Assembly (NCBI GenBank): GCA_964016885.1
Contig: OZ024741.1
Coordinates: forward strand, 245,396,001-245,460,000
Length of the DNA stretch: 64,000 bases
Direction of reading: 5' to 3'
Source: Eledone cirrhosa
Lineage: Eukaryota
This document shows, piece after piece, positions 1 through 13,400 of this stretch. A program made the position numbers and the translations under genes. Position 1 is the stretch's first letter. Each line of letters begins with the position of its first letter. The notes below the pieces were generated by a model. The model saw nothing but the letters and a program-made list of their open reading frames with translations, did not search any database and was not told the DNA's origin.

Positions 1-3000
1 GGATTTTTTTTTTAATGGATTTTTTTTTAATGGATTTTTTTTTAATGGATTTTTTTAATGGGTTTTTTAAATGGATTTTTTAATGGATTTTTAATGGATT
101 TTTAATGGGTTTTTTTAAATTGATTTTTTTAATGGGTTTTTTTTAATGGCTTTTTTTTAATGGGTTTTTTTAATGGCTTTTTTAAATGGATTTTTTTAAT
201 GGATTTTTTAATGGATTTTTTTTAATGGGTTTTTTAAATGGATTTTTTAATGGATTTTTTTAAATGGATTTTTTTAATGGATTTTTAATGGATTTTTTTA
301 AATTGATTTTTTTTAATGGATTTTTTTTAATGGATTTTTTTTTTAATGGATTTTTTTAATGGGTTTTTTTAATGGCTTTTTTAAATGGATTTTTTTAATG
401 GTTTTTTTTTAATGGGTTTTTTAAATGGATTTTTTAATGGATTTTTAATTGATTTTTAATGGATTTTTAATGGGTTTTTAATGGATTTTTTTAAATGGAT
501 TTTTTTAATGGATTTTTAATGGATTTTTTTAAATTGATTTTTTTAATGGATTTTTTTTTTAATGGATTTTTTTTAATGGATTTTTGTTTTAATGGATTTT
601 TTTTAATGGGTTTTTTAAATGGATTTTTTAATGGATTTTTAATGGATTTTTAATGGGTTTTTAATGGATTTTTTTAAATGGATTTTTTTAATGGATTTTT
701 AATGGCTTTTTTTAAATTGATTTTTTTAATGGGTTTTTTTAATGGCTTTTTTTAAATGGGTTTTTTTAATGGCTTTTTTAAATGGATTTTTTTAATGGAT
801 TTTTTTAATGGATTTTTTTTAATGGGTTTTTTAAATGGATTTTTTAATGGATTTTTTTAAATGTTTTTTTTAATGGATTTTTAATGGATTTTTTTAAATT
901 GATTTTTTTTAATGGATTTTTTTTAATGGATTTTTTTTTAATGGATTTTTTTAATGGCTTTTTTTAATGGCTTTTTTAAATGGATTTTTTTAATGGATTT
1001 TTTTATTGGATTTTTTTAATGGGTTTTTTAATGGATTTTTAATGGATTTTTTTAAATTGATTTTTTTTAATGTATTTTTTTTTTAATGGATTTTTTTTTA
1101 ATGGATTTTTTTTTAATGGATTTTTTTTAATGGGTTTTTTTAATGGGTTTTTTAAATGGATTTTTTAATGGATTTTTAATAGATTTTTAATGGATTTTTA
1201 ATGGGTTTTTAATGGATTTTTTAAATGGATTTTTTTTAATGGATTTTTTTTAATGGGTTTTTTAAATGGATTTTTTTAATGGATTTTTAATGGATTTTTA
1301 ATGGATTTTTAATGGTTTTTAATGGATTTTTTAAATGGATTTTTTTAATGGATTTTTTATGGATTTTTTAAATTGATTTTTTTAATGGATTTTTTTTAAT
1401 GGATTTTTTTTAATGGATTTTTTTTTTTAATGGATTTTTTTTAATGGGTTTTTTTAATGGCTTTTTTAAATGGATTTTTTTAATGGATTTCTTTAATGGA
1501 TTTTTTTAATGGATTTTTTTTAATGGGTTTTTTTAATGGCTTTTTTAAATGGATTTTTTTAATGGATTTTTTTTAATGGGTTTTTTTTAATGGATTTTTT
1601 TTAATGGATTTTTTAAATGGATTTTTTTAATGAATTTTTTTTAATGGGTTTTTTTAAATGGATTTTTTTTAATGGATTTTTTAAATGAATTTTTTTAATG
1701 GATTTTTTTAATGGGTTTTTTAAATGGATTTTTTAATGGATTTTTAATGGATTTTTAATGGGTTTTTAATGGATTTTTTAATGGATTTTTTTAAATGGAT
1801 TTTTTTAATGGATTTTTAATGGATTTTTTTTAATGGATTTTTTTAATGGATTTTTTAATGGATTTTTTAATGGATTTTTTTTAATGGATTTTTTTAATGG
1901 ATTTTTTAAATGGATTTTTTAATGGATTTTTTTAATGGGTTTTTTTTAATGGATTTTTTTTTAATGGATTTTTTAAATGGATTTTTTTAATGGATTTTTT
2001 TTAATGGGTTTTTTAAATGGATTTTTTAATGGATTTTTAATGGATTTTTAATGGATTTTTAATGGGTTTTTAATGGATTTTTTTAAATGGATTTTTTTAA
2101 TGGATTTTTAATGGATTTTTTTAAATTGATTTTTTTTAATGGATTTTTTTTTTAATGGATTTTTTTTTAATGGATTTTTTTTTAATGGATTTTTTTAATG
2201 GGTTTTTTAAATGGATTTTTTAATGGATTTTTAATGGATTTTTAATGGGTTTTTTTAAATTGATTTTTTTAATGGGTTTTTTTTAATGGCTTTTTTTTAA
2301 TGGGTTTTTTTAATGGCTTTTTTAAATGGATTTTTTTAATGGATTTTTTAATGGATTTTTTTTAATGGGTTTTTTAAATGGATTTTTTAATGGATTTTTT
2401 TAAATGGATTTTTTTAATGGATTTTTAATGGATTTTTTTAAATTGATTTTTTTTAATGGATTTTTTTTAATGGATTTTTTTTTTAATGGATTTTTTTAAT
2501 GGGTTTTTTTAATGGCTTTTTTAAATGGATTTTTTTAATGGTTTTTTTTTAATGGGTTTTTTAAATGGATTTTTTAATGGATTTTTAATTGATTTTTAAT
2601 GGATTTTTAATGGATTTTTAATGGGTTTTTAATGGATTTTTTTTAATGGATTTTTTTAATGGATTTTTAATGGATTTTTTTAATGGATTTTTTTAATGGG
2701 TTTTTTTAATGGATTTTTTTTTAATGGATTTTTTTAATGGGTTTTTTTTAATGGATTTTTTTTAATGGATTTTTTAAATGGATTTTTTTAATGGATTTTT
2801 TTTAATGGGTTTTTTTAAATGGATTTTTTTTAATGGATTTTTAAATGAATTTTTTTAATGGATTTTTTAATGGGTTTTTTAAATGGATTTTTTAATGGAT
2901 TTTTAATGGATTTTTAATGGATTTTTAATGGATTTTTTAATGGATTTTTTTAAATGGATTTTTTTAATGGATTTTTAATGCATTTTTTTTAATGGATTTT

Positions 3001-6000
3001 TTTAATGGATTTTTTTTTAATGGATTTTTTTTTAATGGATTTTTTTTTAATGAATTTTTTTTAATGGGTTTTTTAAATGGATTTTTTAATGGATTTTTAA
3101 TGGATTTTTAATGGGTTTTTAATGGATTTTTTAATGGATTTTTTTAAATGGATTTTTTTAATGGATTTTTAATGGATTTTTTTTAATGGATTTTTTTAAT
3201 GGATTTTTTAATGGATTTTTTAATGGATTTTTTTTAATGGATTTTTTTAATGGATTTTTTAAATGGATTTTTTTAATGGATTTTTTTAATGGTTTTTTTT
3301 TAATGGATTTTTTTTAATGGATTTTTAAATGGATTTTTTTAATGGATTTTTTTTAATGGGTTTTTTAAATGGATTTTTTAATGGATTTTTAATGGATTTT
3401 TAATGGATTTTTAATGGGTTTTTAATGGATTTTTTTAAATGGATTTTTTTAATGGATTTTTAATGGATTTTTTTAAATTGATTTTTTTTAATGGATTTTT
3501 TTTTTAATGGATTTTTTTTTAATGGATTTTTTTTTAATGGATTTTTTTAATGGGTTTTTTAAATGGATTTTTTAATGGATTTTTAATGGATTTATAATGG
3601 GTTTTTTTAAATTGATTTTTTTAATGGGTTTTTTTAATGGCTTTTTTTAAATGGGTTTTTTTAATGGCTTTTTTAAATGGATTTTTTTAATGGATTTTTT
3701 AATGGATTTTTTTTAATGGGTTTTTTAAATGGATTTTTTAATGGATTTTTTTAAATGGATTTTTTTAATGGATTTTTAATGGATTTTTTTAAATTGATTT
3801 TTTTTAATGGATTTTTTTTAATGGATTTTTTTTTTAATGGATTTTTTTAATGGGTTTTTTTAATGGCTTTTTTAAATGGATTTTTTTAATGGTTTTTTTT
3901 TAATGGGTTTTTTAAATGGATTTTTTAATGGATTTTTAATTGATTTTTAATGGATTTTTAATGGGTTTTTAATGGATTTTTGAAATGGATTTTTTAATGG
4001 ATTTTTTTTAATGGGTTTTTTAAATGGATTTTTTTAATGGATTTTTAATGGATTTTTAATGGATTTTTAATGGGTTTTTAATGGATTTTTTAAATGGATT
4101 TTTTTAATGGATTTTTAATGGATTTTTTTAATGGATTTTTTTTAATGGTTTCTTTTAATGGATTTTTTTTTAATGGATTTTTTTTAATGGGTTTTTTTTT
4201 AATGGATTTTTTTTAATGGATTTTTTTAATGGATTTTTTAATGGATTTTTAATGGATTTTTTTTAATGGATTTTTTTAATGGATTTTTTAATGGATTTTT
4301 TTATGGATTTTTTTTAATGGATTTTTTTTAATGGATTTTTTAAATGGATTTTTTTAATGGATTTTTTGAATGGGTTTTTTTAATGGATTTCTTTTTAATG
4401 GATTTTTTAAATGGATTTTTTTAATGGATTTTTTTAATGGGTTTTTTAAATGGATTTTTTAATGTATTTTTAATGGATTTTTAATGGATTTTTAATGGGT
4501 TTTTAATGGATTTTTTTTAATGGATTTTTTTAATGGATTTTTAATGGATTTTTTTAATGGATTTTTTTTAATGGGTTTTTTTTAATGGATTTTTTTTTAA
4601 TGGATTTTTTTAATGGGTTTTTTAAATGGATTTTTTACTGGATTTTTAATGGATTTTTAATGGGTTTTTAATGGATTTTTTTAAATTGATTTTTTTAATG
4701 GGTTTTTTTTAATGGCTTTTTTTTAATGGGTTTATTTAATGGCTTTTTTAAATGGATTTTTTAAATGGATTTTTTTAATGGATTTTTTTTAATGGGTTTT
4801 TTAAATGGATTTTTTAATGGATTTTTTTAATGGGTTTTTTAAATGGATTTTTTAATGTATTTTTAATGGATTTTTAATGGATTTTTAATGGGTTTTTAAT
4901 GGATTTTTTTTAATGGATTTTTTTAATGGATTTTTTTAATGGATTTTTTTTAATGGGTTTTTTTAATGGCTTTTTTAAATGGATTTTTTTAATGGATTTT
5001 TTTTAATGGGTTTTTTTTTAATGGATTTTTTTTAATGGATTTTTTAAATGGATTTTTTTAATGAATTTTTTTTAATGGGTTTTTTTAAATGGATTTTTTT
5101 TAATGGATTTTTTAAATGAATTTTTTTAATGGATTTTTTTAATGGGTTTTTTAAATGGATTTTTTAATGGATTTTTAATGGATTTTTAATGGGTTTTTAA
5201 TGGATTTTTTAATGGATTTTTTTAAATGGATTTTTTTAATGGATTTTTAATGGATTTTTTTTAATGGATTTTTTTAATGGATTTTTTAATGGATTTTTTA
5301 ATGGATTTTTTTTAATGGATTTTTTTAATGGATTTTTTAAATGGATTTTTTAATGGATTTTTTTAATGGGTTTTTTTTAATGGATTTTTTTTTAATGGAT
5401 TTTTTAAATGGATTTTTTTAATGGATTTTTTTTAATGGGTTTTTTAAATGGATTTTTTAATGGATTTTTAATGGATTTTTAATGGATTTTTAATGGGTTT
5501 TTAATGGATTTTTTTAAATGGATTTTTTTAATGGATTTTTAATGGATTTTTTTAAATTGATTTTTTTTAATGGATTTTTTTTTTAATGGATTTTTTTTTA
5601 ATGGATTTTTTTTTAATGGATTTTTTTAATGGGTTTTTTAAATGGATTTTTTAATGGATTTTTAATGGACTTTTAATGGGTTTTTTTAAATTGATTTTTT
5701 TAATGGGTTTTTTTCAATGGCTTTTTTTTAATGGGTTTTTTTAATGGCTTTTTTAAATGGATTTTTTTAATGGATTTTTTAATGGATTTTTTTTAATGGG
5801 TTTTTTAAATGGATTTTTTAATGGATTTTTTTAAATGGATTTTTTTAATGGATTTTTAATGGATTTTTTTAAATTGATTTTTTTTTAATGGATTTTTTTT
5901 AATGGATTTTTTTTTTAATGGATTTTTTTAATGGGTTTTTTTAATGGCTTTTTTAAATGGATTTTTTTAATGGTTTTTTTTTAATGGGTTTTTTAAATGG

Positions 6001-9000
6001 ATTTTTTAATGGATTTTTAATTGATTTTTAATGGATTTTTAATGGGTTTTTAATGGATTTTTTTAAATGGATTTTTTTAATGGATTTTTAATGGATTTTT
6101 TTAAATTGATTTTTTTAATGGATTTTTTTTTTAATGGATTTTTTTTAATGGATTTTTGTTTTAATGGATTTTTTTTAATGGGTTTTTTAAATGGATTTTT
6201 TAATGGATTTTTAATGGATTTTTAATGGGTTTTTAATGGATTTTTTTAAATGGATTTTTTTAATGGATTTTTAATGGCTTTTTTTAAATTGATTTTTTTA
6301 ATGGGTTTTTTTAATGGCTTTTTTTTAATGGGTTTTTTTAATGGCTTTTTTAAATGGATTTTTTTAATGGATTTTTTTAATGGATTTTTTTTAATGGGTT
6401 TTTTAAATGGATTTTTTAATGGATTTTTTTAAATGTTTTTTTTAATGGATTTTTAATGGATTTTTTTAAATTGATTTTTTTTAATGGATTTTTTTTAATG
6501 GATTTTTTTTTAATGGATTTTTTTAATGGGTTTTTTTAATGGCTTTTTTAAATGGATTTTTTTAATGGATTTTTTTATTGGATTTTTTTAATGGGTTTTT
6601 TAATGGATTTTTAATGGATTTTTTTTAATTGATTTTTTTTAATGGATTTTTTTTTTAATGGATTTTTTTTTAATGGATTTTTTTTTAATGGATTTTTTTT
6701 AATGGGTTTTTTTAATGGGTTTTTTAAATGGATTTTTTAATGGATTTTTAATAGATTTTTAATGGATTTTTAATGGGTTTTTAATGGATTTTTTAAATGG
6801 ATTTTTTTTAATGGATTTTTTTTAATGGGTTTTTTAAATGGATTTTTTTAATGGATTTTTAATGGATTTTTAATGGATTTTTAATGGTTTTTAATGGATT
6901 TTTTAAATGGATTTTTTTAATGGATTTTTTATGGATTTTTTAAATTGATTTTTTTAATGGATTTTTTTTAATGGATTTTTTTTAATGGATTTTTTTTTTT
7001 AATGGATTTTTTTTTAATGGGTTTTTTTAATGGCTTTTTTAAATGGATTTTTTTAATGGATTTCTTTAATGGATTTTTTTAATGGATTTTTTTAATGGGT
7101 TTTTTTAATGGCTTTTTTAAATGGATTTTTTTAATGGATTTTTTTTAATGGGTTTTTTTTTAATGGATTTTTTTTAATGGATTTTTTAAATGGATTTTTT
7201 TAATGAATTTTTTTTAATGGGTTTTTTTAAATGGATTTTTTTTAATGGATTTTTTAAATGAATTTTTTTAATGGATTTTTTTAATGGGTTTTTTAAATGG
7301 ATTTTTTAATGGATTTTTAATGGATTTTTAATGGGTTTTTAATGGATTTTTTAATGGATTTTTTTAAATGGATTTTTTTAATGGATTTTTAATGGATTTT
7401 TTTTAATGGATTTTTTTAATGGATTTTTTAATGGATTTTTTAATGGATTTTTTTTAATGGATTTTTTTAATGGATTTTTTAAATGGATTTTTTAATGGAT
7501 TTTTTTAATGGGTTTTTTTTAATGGATTTTTTTTAATGGATTTTTTAAATGGATTTTTTTAATGGATTTTTTTTAATGGGTTTTTTAAATGGATTTTTTA
7601 ATGGATTTTTAATGGATTTTTAATGGATTTTTAATGGGTTTTTAATGGATTTTTTTAAATGGATTTTTTTAATGGATTTTTAATGGATTTTTTTAAATTG
7701 ATTTTTTTTAATGGATTTTTTTTTTAATGGATTTTTTTTTAATGGATTTTTTTTTAATGGATTTTTTTAATGGGTTTTTTAAATGGATTTTTTAATGGAT
7801 TTTTAATGGATTTTTAATGGGTTTTTTTAAATTGATTTTTTTAATGGGTTTTTTTTAATGGCTTTTTTTTAATGGGTTTTTTTAATGGCTTTTTTAAATG
7901 GATTTTTTTAATGGATTTTTTAATGGATTTTTTTTAATGGGTTTTTTAAATGGATTTTTTAATGGATTTTTTAAATGGATTTTTTTAATGGATTTTTAAT
8001 GGATTTTTTTAAATTGATTTTTTTTAATGGATTTTTTTTAATGGATTTTTTTTTTAATGGATTTTTTTAATGGGTTTTTTTAATGGCTTTTTTAAATGGA
8101 TTTTTTTAATGGTTTTTTTTTAATGGGTTTTTTAAATGGATTTTTTAATGGATTTTTAATTGATTTTTAATGGATTTTTAATGGATTTTTAATGGGTTTT
8201 TAATGGATTTTTTTTAATGGATTTTTTTAATGGATTTTTAATGGATTTTTTTAATGGATTTTTTTAATGGGTTTTTTTAATGGATTTTTTTTTAATGGAT
8301 TTTTTTAATGGGTTTTTTTTAATGGATTTTTTTTAATGGATTTTTTAAATGGATTTTTTTAATGGATTTTTTTTAATGGGTTTTTTTAAATGGATTTTTT
8401 TTAATGGATTTTTAAATGAATTTTTTTAATGGATTTTTTAATGGGTTTTTTAAATGGATTTTTTAATGGATTTTTAATGGATTTTTAATGGATTTTTAAT
8501 GGATTTTTTAATGGATTTTTTTAAATGGATTTTTTTAATGGATTTTTAATGCATTTTTTTTAATGGATTTTTTTAATGGATTTTTTTTTTAATGGATTTT
8601 TTTTTAATGGATTTTTTTTTAATGAATTTTTTTTAATGGGTTTTTTAAATGGATTTTTTAATGGATTTTTAATGGATTTTTAATGGGTTTTTAATGGATT
8701 TTTTAATGGATTTTTTTAAATGGATTTTTTTAATGGATTTTTAATGGATTTTTTTTAATGGATTTTTTTAATGGATTTTTTAATGGATTTTTTAATGGAT
8801 TTTTTTTAATGGATTTTTTTAATGGATTTTTTAAATGGATTTTTTTAATGGATTTTTTTAATGGTTTTTTTTTAATGGATTTTTTTTAATGGATTTTTAA
8901 ATGGATTTTTTTAATGGATTTTTTTTAATGGGTTTTTTAAATGGATTTTTTAATGGATTTTTAATGGATTTTTAATGGATTTTTAATGGGTTTTTAATGG

Positions 9001-10400
9001 ATTTTTTTAAATGGATTTTTTTAATGGATTTTTAATGGATTTTTTTAAATTGATTTTTTTTAATGGATTTTTTTTTTAATGGATTTTTTTTTAATGGATT
9101 TTTTTTTAATGGATTTTTTTAATGGGTTTTTTAAATGGATTTTTTAATGGATTTTTAATGGATTTATAATGGGTTTTTTTAAATTGATTTTTTTAATGGG
9201 TTTTTTTAATGGCTTTTTTTAAATGGGTTTTTTTAATGGCTTTTTTAAATGGATTTTTTTAATGGATTTTTTAATGGATTTTTTTTAATGGGTTTTTTAA
9301 ATGGATTTTTTAATGGATTTTTTTAAATGGATTTTTTTAATGGATTTTTAATGGATTTTTTTAAATTGATTTTTTTTAATGGATTTTTTTTAATGGATTT
9401 TTTTTTTAATGGATTTTTTTAATGGGTTTTTTTAATGGCTTTTTTAAATGGATTTTTTTAATGGTTTTTTTTTAATGGGTTTTTTAAATGGATTTTTTAA
9501 TGGATTTTTAATTGATTTTTAATGGATTTTTAATGGGTTTTTAATGGATTTTTGAAATGGATTTTTTAATGGATTTTTTTTAATGGGTTTTTTAAATGGA
9601 TTTTTTTAATGGATTTTTAATGGATTTTTAATGGATTTTTAATGGGTTTTTAATGGATTTTTTAAATGGATTTTTTTAATGGATTTTTAATGGATTTTTT
9701 TAATGGATTTTTTTTAATGGTTTCTTTTAATGGATTTTTTTTTAATGGATTTTTTTTAATGGGTTTTTTTTTAATGGATTTTTTTTAATGGATTTTTTTA
9801 ATGGATTTTTTAATGGATTTTTAATGGATTTTTTTTAATGGATTTTTTTATTGGATTTTTTAATGGATTTTTTTATGGATTTTTTTTAATGGATTTTTTT
9901 TAATGGATTTTTTAAATGGATTTTTTTAATGGATTTTTTGAATGGGTTTTTTTAATGGATTTCTTTTTAATGGATTTTTTAAATGGATTTTTTTAATGGA
10001 TTTTTTTAATGGGTTTTTTAAATGGATTTTTTAATGTATTTTTAATGGATTTTTAATGGATTTTTAATGGGTTTTTAATGGATTTTTTTTAATGGATTTT
10101 TTTAATGGATTTTTAATGGATTTTTTTAATGGATTTTTTTTAATGGGTTTTTTTTAATGGATTTTTTTTTAATGGATTTTTTTAATGGGTTTTTTAAATG
10201 GATTTTTTACTGGATTTTTAATGGATTTTTAATGGGTTTTTAATGGATTTTTTTAAATTGATTTTTTTAATGGGTTTTTTTTAATGGCTTTTTTTTAATG
10301 GGTTTATTTAATGGCTTTTTTAAATGGATTTTTTAAATGGATTTTTTTAATGGATTTTTTTTAATGGGTTTTTTAAATGGATTTTTTAATGGATTTTTTT
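1..10400 (+). repeat. Higher-order tandem duplication, offset ~5,572 bp (about 1-4,830 copied at 5,573-10,400)
   Basis: Rare markers recur at a constant offset: TTTTTGTTTT 586/6158, AATAGA 1181/6753, AATGCA 2981/8552, ACTGGA 4638/10210. Confidence 0.9.
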
Positions 10401-13400
10401 AAATTGATTTTTTTTAATGGATTTTTTTTTTAATGGATTTTTTTAATGGTTTTTTTTAATGGCTTTTTTAAATGGATTTTTTTAATGGATTTTTTTAATG
10501 GATTTTTTTTAATGGGTTTTTTAAATGGATTTTTTAATGGATTTTTAATAAATTTTTAATGGATTTTTAATGGGTTTTTAATGGATTTTTTAAATGGATT
10601 TTTTTAATGGATTTTTTTTAATGGGTTTTTTAAATGGATTTTTTTAATGGATTTTTAATGGATTTTTAATGGATTTTTAATGGTTTTTAATGGATTTTTT
10701 AAATGGATTTTTTTAATGGATTTTTTATGGATTTTTTAAATTGATTTTTTTTAATGGATTTTTTTAATGGATTTTTTTTAATGGATTTTTTTTTTTAATG
10801 GATTTTTTTTTAATGGGTTTTTTTAATGGCTTTTTTAAATGGATTTTTTTAATGGATTTCTTTAATGGATTTTTTTAATGGATTTTTTTTTAATGGGTTT
10901 TTTTAATGGCTTTTTTAAATGGATTTTTTTAATGGATTTTTTTTAATGGGTTTTTTTTTAATGGATTTTTTTTAATGGATTTTTTAAATGGATTTTTTTA
11001 ATGAATTTTTTTTAATGGGTTTTTTTAAATGGATTTTTTTTAATGGATTTTTTAAATGAATTTTTTTAATGGATTTTTTTAATGGTTTTTTTTTTAATGG
11101 ATTTTTTTTAATGGGTTTTTTAAATGGATTTTTTAATGGATTTTTAATGGATTTTTAATGGGTTTTTAATGGATTTTTTTAAATGGATTTTTTTAATGGA
11201 TTTTTAATGGATTTTTTTAAATTGATTTTTTTAATGGGTTTTTTTTAATGGCTTTTTTTAATGGGTTTTTTTAATGGATTTTTTTAATGGATTTTTTTAA
11301 TGGATTTTTTTTAATGGGTTTTTTAAATGGATTTTTTAATGGATTTTTTTAAATGGATTTTTTTAATGGATTTTTAATGGATTTTTTTAAATTGATTTTT
11401 TTTAATGGATTTTTTTTTTAATGGATTTTTTTTTAATGGATTTTTTTTAATGGATTTTTTTAATGGGTTTTTTAAATGGATTTTTTAATGGATTTTTAAT
11501 GGATTTATAATGGGTTTTTTTAAATTGATTTTTTTAATGGGTTTTTTTAATGGCTTTTTTTAAATGGGTTTTTTTAATGGCTTTTTTAAATGGATTTTTT
11601 TAATGGATTTTTTAATGGATTTTTTTTAATGGGTTTTTTAAATGGATTTTTTAATGGATTTTTTTAAATGGATTTTTTTAATGGATTTTTAATGGATTTT
11701 TTTAAATTGATTTTTTTTAATTGATTTTTTTTAATGGATTTTTTTCTTAATGGATTTTTTTAATGGGTTTTTTTAATGGCTTTTTTAAATGGATTTTTTT
11801 AATGGTTTTTTTTTAATGGGTTTTTTAAATGGATTTTTTAATGGATTTTTAATTGATTTTTAATGGATTTTTAATGGGTTTTTAATGGATTTTTGAAATG
11901 GATTTTTTAATGGATTTTTTTTAATGGGTTTTTTAAATGGATTTTTTTAATGGATTTTTAATGGATTTTTAATGGATTTTTAATGGGTTTTTAATGGATT
12001 TTTTAAATGGATTTTTTTAATGGATTTTTAATGGATTTTTTTAATGGATTTTTTTTAATGGTTTCTTTTAATGGATTTTTTTTTAATGGATTTTTTTTAA
12101 TGGGTTTTTTTTTAATGGATTTTTTTTAATGGATTTTTTTAATGGATTTTTTTAATGGATTTTTAATGGATTTTTTTTTATGGATTTTTTTTAATGGATT
12201 TTTTTTAATGGATTTTTTAAATGGATTTTTTTAATGGATTTTTTTAATGGGTTTTTTTAATGGATTTCTTTTTAATGGATTTTTTAAATGGATTTTTTTA
12301 ATGGATTTTTTTAATGGGTTTTTTAAATGGATTTTTTAATGTATTTTTAATGGATTTTTAATGGATTTTTAATGGGTTTTTAATGGATTTTTTTTAATGG
12401 ATTTTTTTAATGGATTTTTTTAATGGATTTTTTTTAATGGGTTTTTTTAATGGCTTTTTTAAATGGATTTTTTTAATGGATTTTTTTTAATGGGTTTTTT
12501 TTTAATGGATTTTTTTTAATGGATTTTTTAAATGGATTTTTTTAATGAATTTTTTTTAATGGGTTTTTTTAAATGGATTTTTTTTAATGGATTTTTTAAA
12601 TGAATTTTTTTAATGGATTTTTTTAATGGTTTTTTTAAATGGATTTTTTAATGGATTTTTAATGGATTTTTAATGGGTTTTTAATGGATTTTTTAATGGA
12701 TTTTTTTAAATGGATTTTTTTAATGGATTTTTAATGGATTTTTTTTAATGGATTTTTTTAATGGATTTTTTAATGGATTTTTTAATGGATTTTTTTTAAT
12801 GGATTTTTTTAATGGATTTTTTAAATGGATTTTTTAATGGATTTTTTTAATGGGTTTTTTTTAATGGATTTTTTTTTAATGGATTTTTTAAATGGATTTT
12901 TTTTAATGGGTTTTTTAAATGGATTTTTTAATGGATTTTTAATGGATTTTTAATGGATTTTTAATGGGTTTTTAATGGATTTTTTTAAATGGATTTTTTT
13001 AATGGATTTTTAATGGATTTTTTTAAATTGATTTTTTTTAATGGATTTTTTTTTTAATGGATTTTTTTTTAATGGATTTTTTTTTAATGGATTTTTTTAA
13101 TGGGTTTTTTAAATGGATTTTTTAATGGATTTTTAATGGATTTTTAATGGGTTTTTTTAAATTGATTTTTTTAATGGGTTTTTTTTAATGGCTTTTTTTA
13201 AATGGGTTTTTTTAATGGCTTTTTTAAATGGATTTTTTTAATGGATTTTTTAATGGATTTTTTTTAATGGGTTTTTTAAATGGATTTTTTAATGGATTTT
13301 TTTAAATGGATTTTTTTAATGGATTTTTAATGGATTTTTTTAAATTGATTTTTTTTAATGGATTTTTTTTAATGGATTTTTTTTTTAATGGATTTTTTTA

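Noticed and set aside
6250-6432. 60-aa ORF (MDFFNGFLMAFF...), repeated at 13720 and 61494
   Set aside because: It is a direct translation of the satellite: ATG is in every monomer, and TAA happens to be avoided for 14 units. The three copies coincide with the 7.47-kb and 55.2-kb duplications, and the other homologous copies (~680, ~49.3 kb, ~55.9 kb) do not give the ORF.
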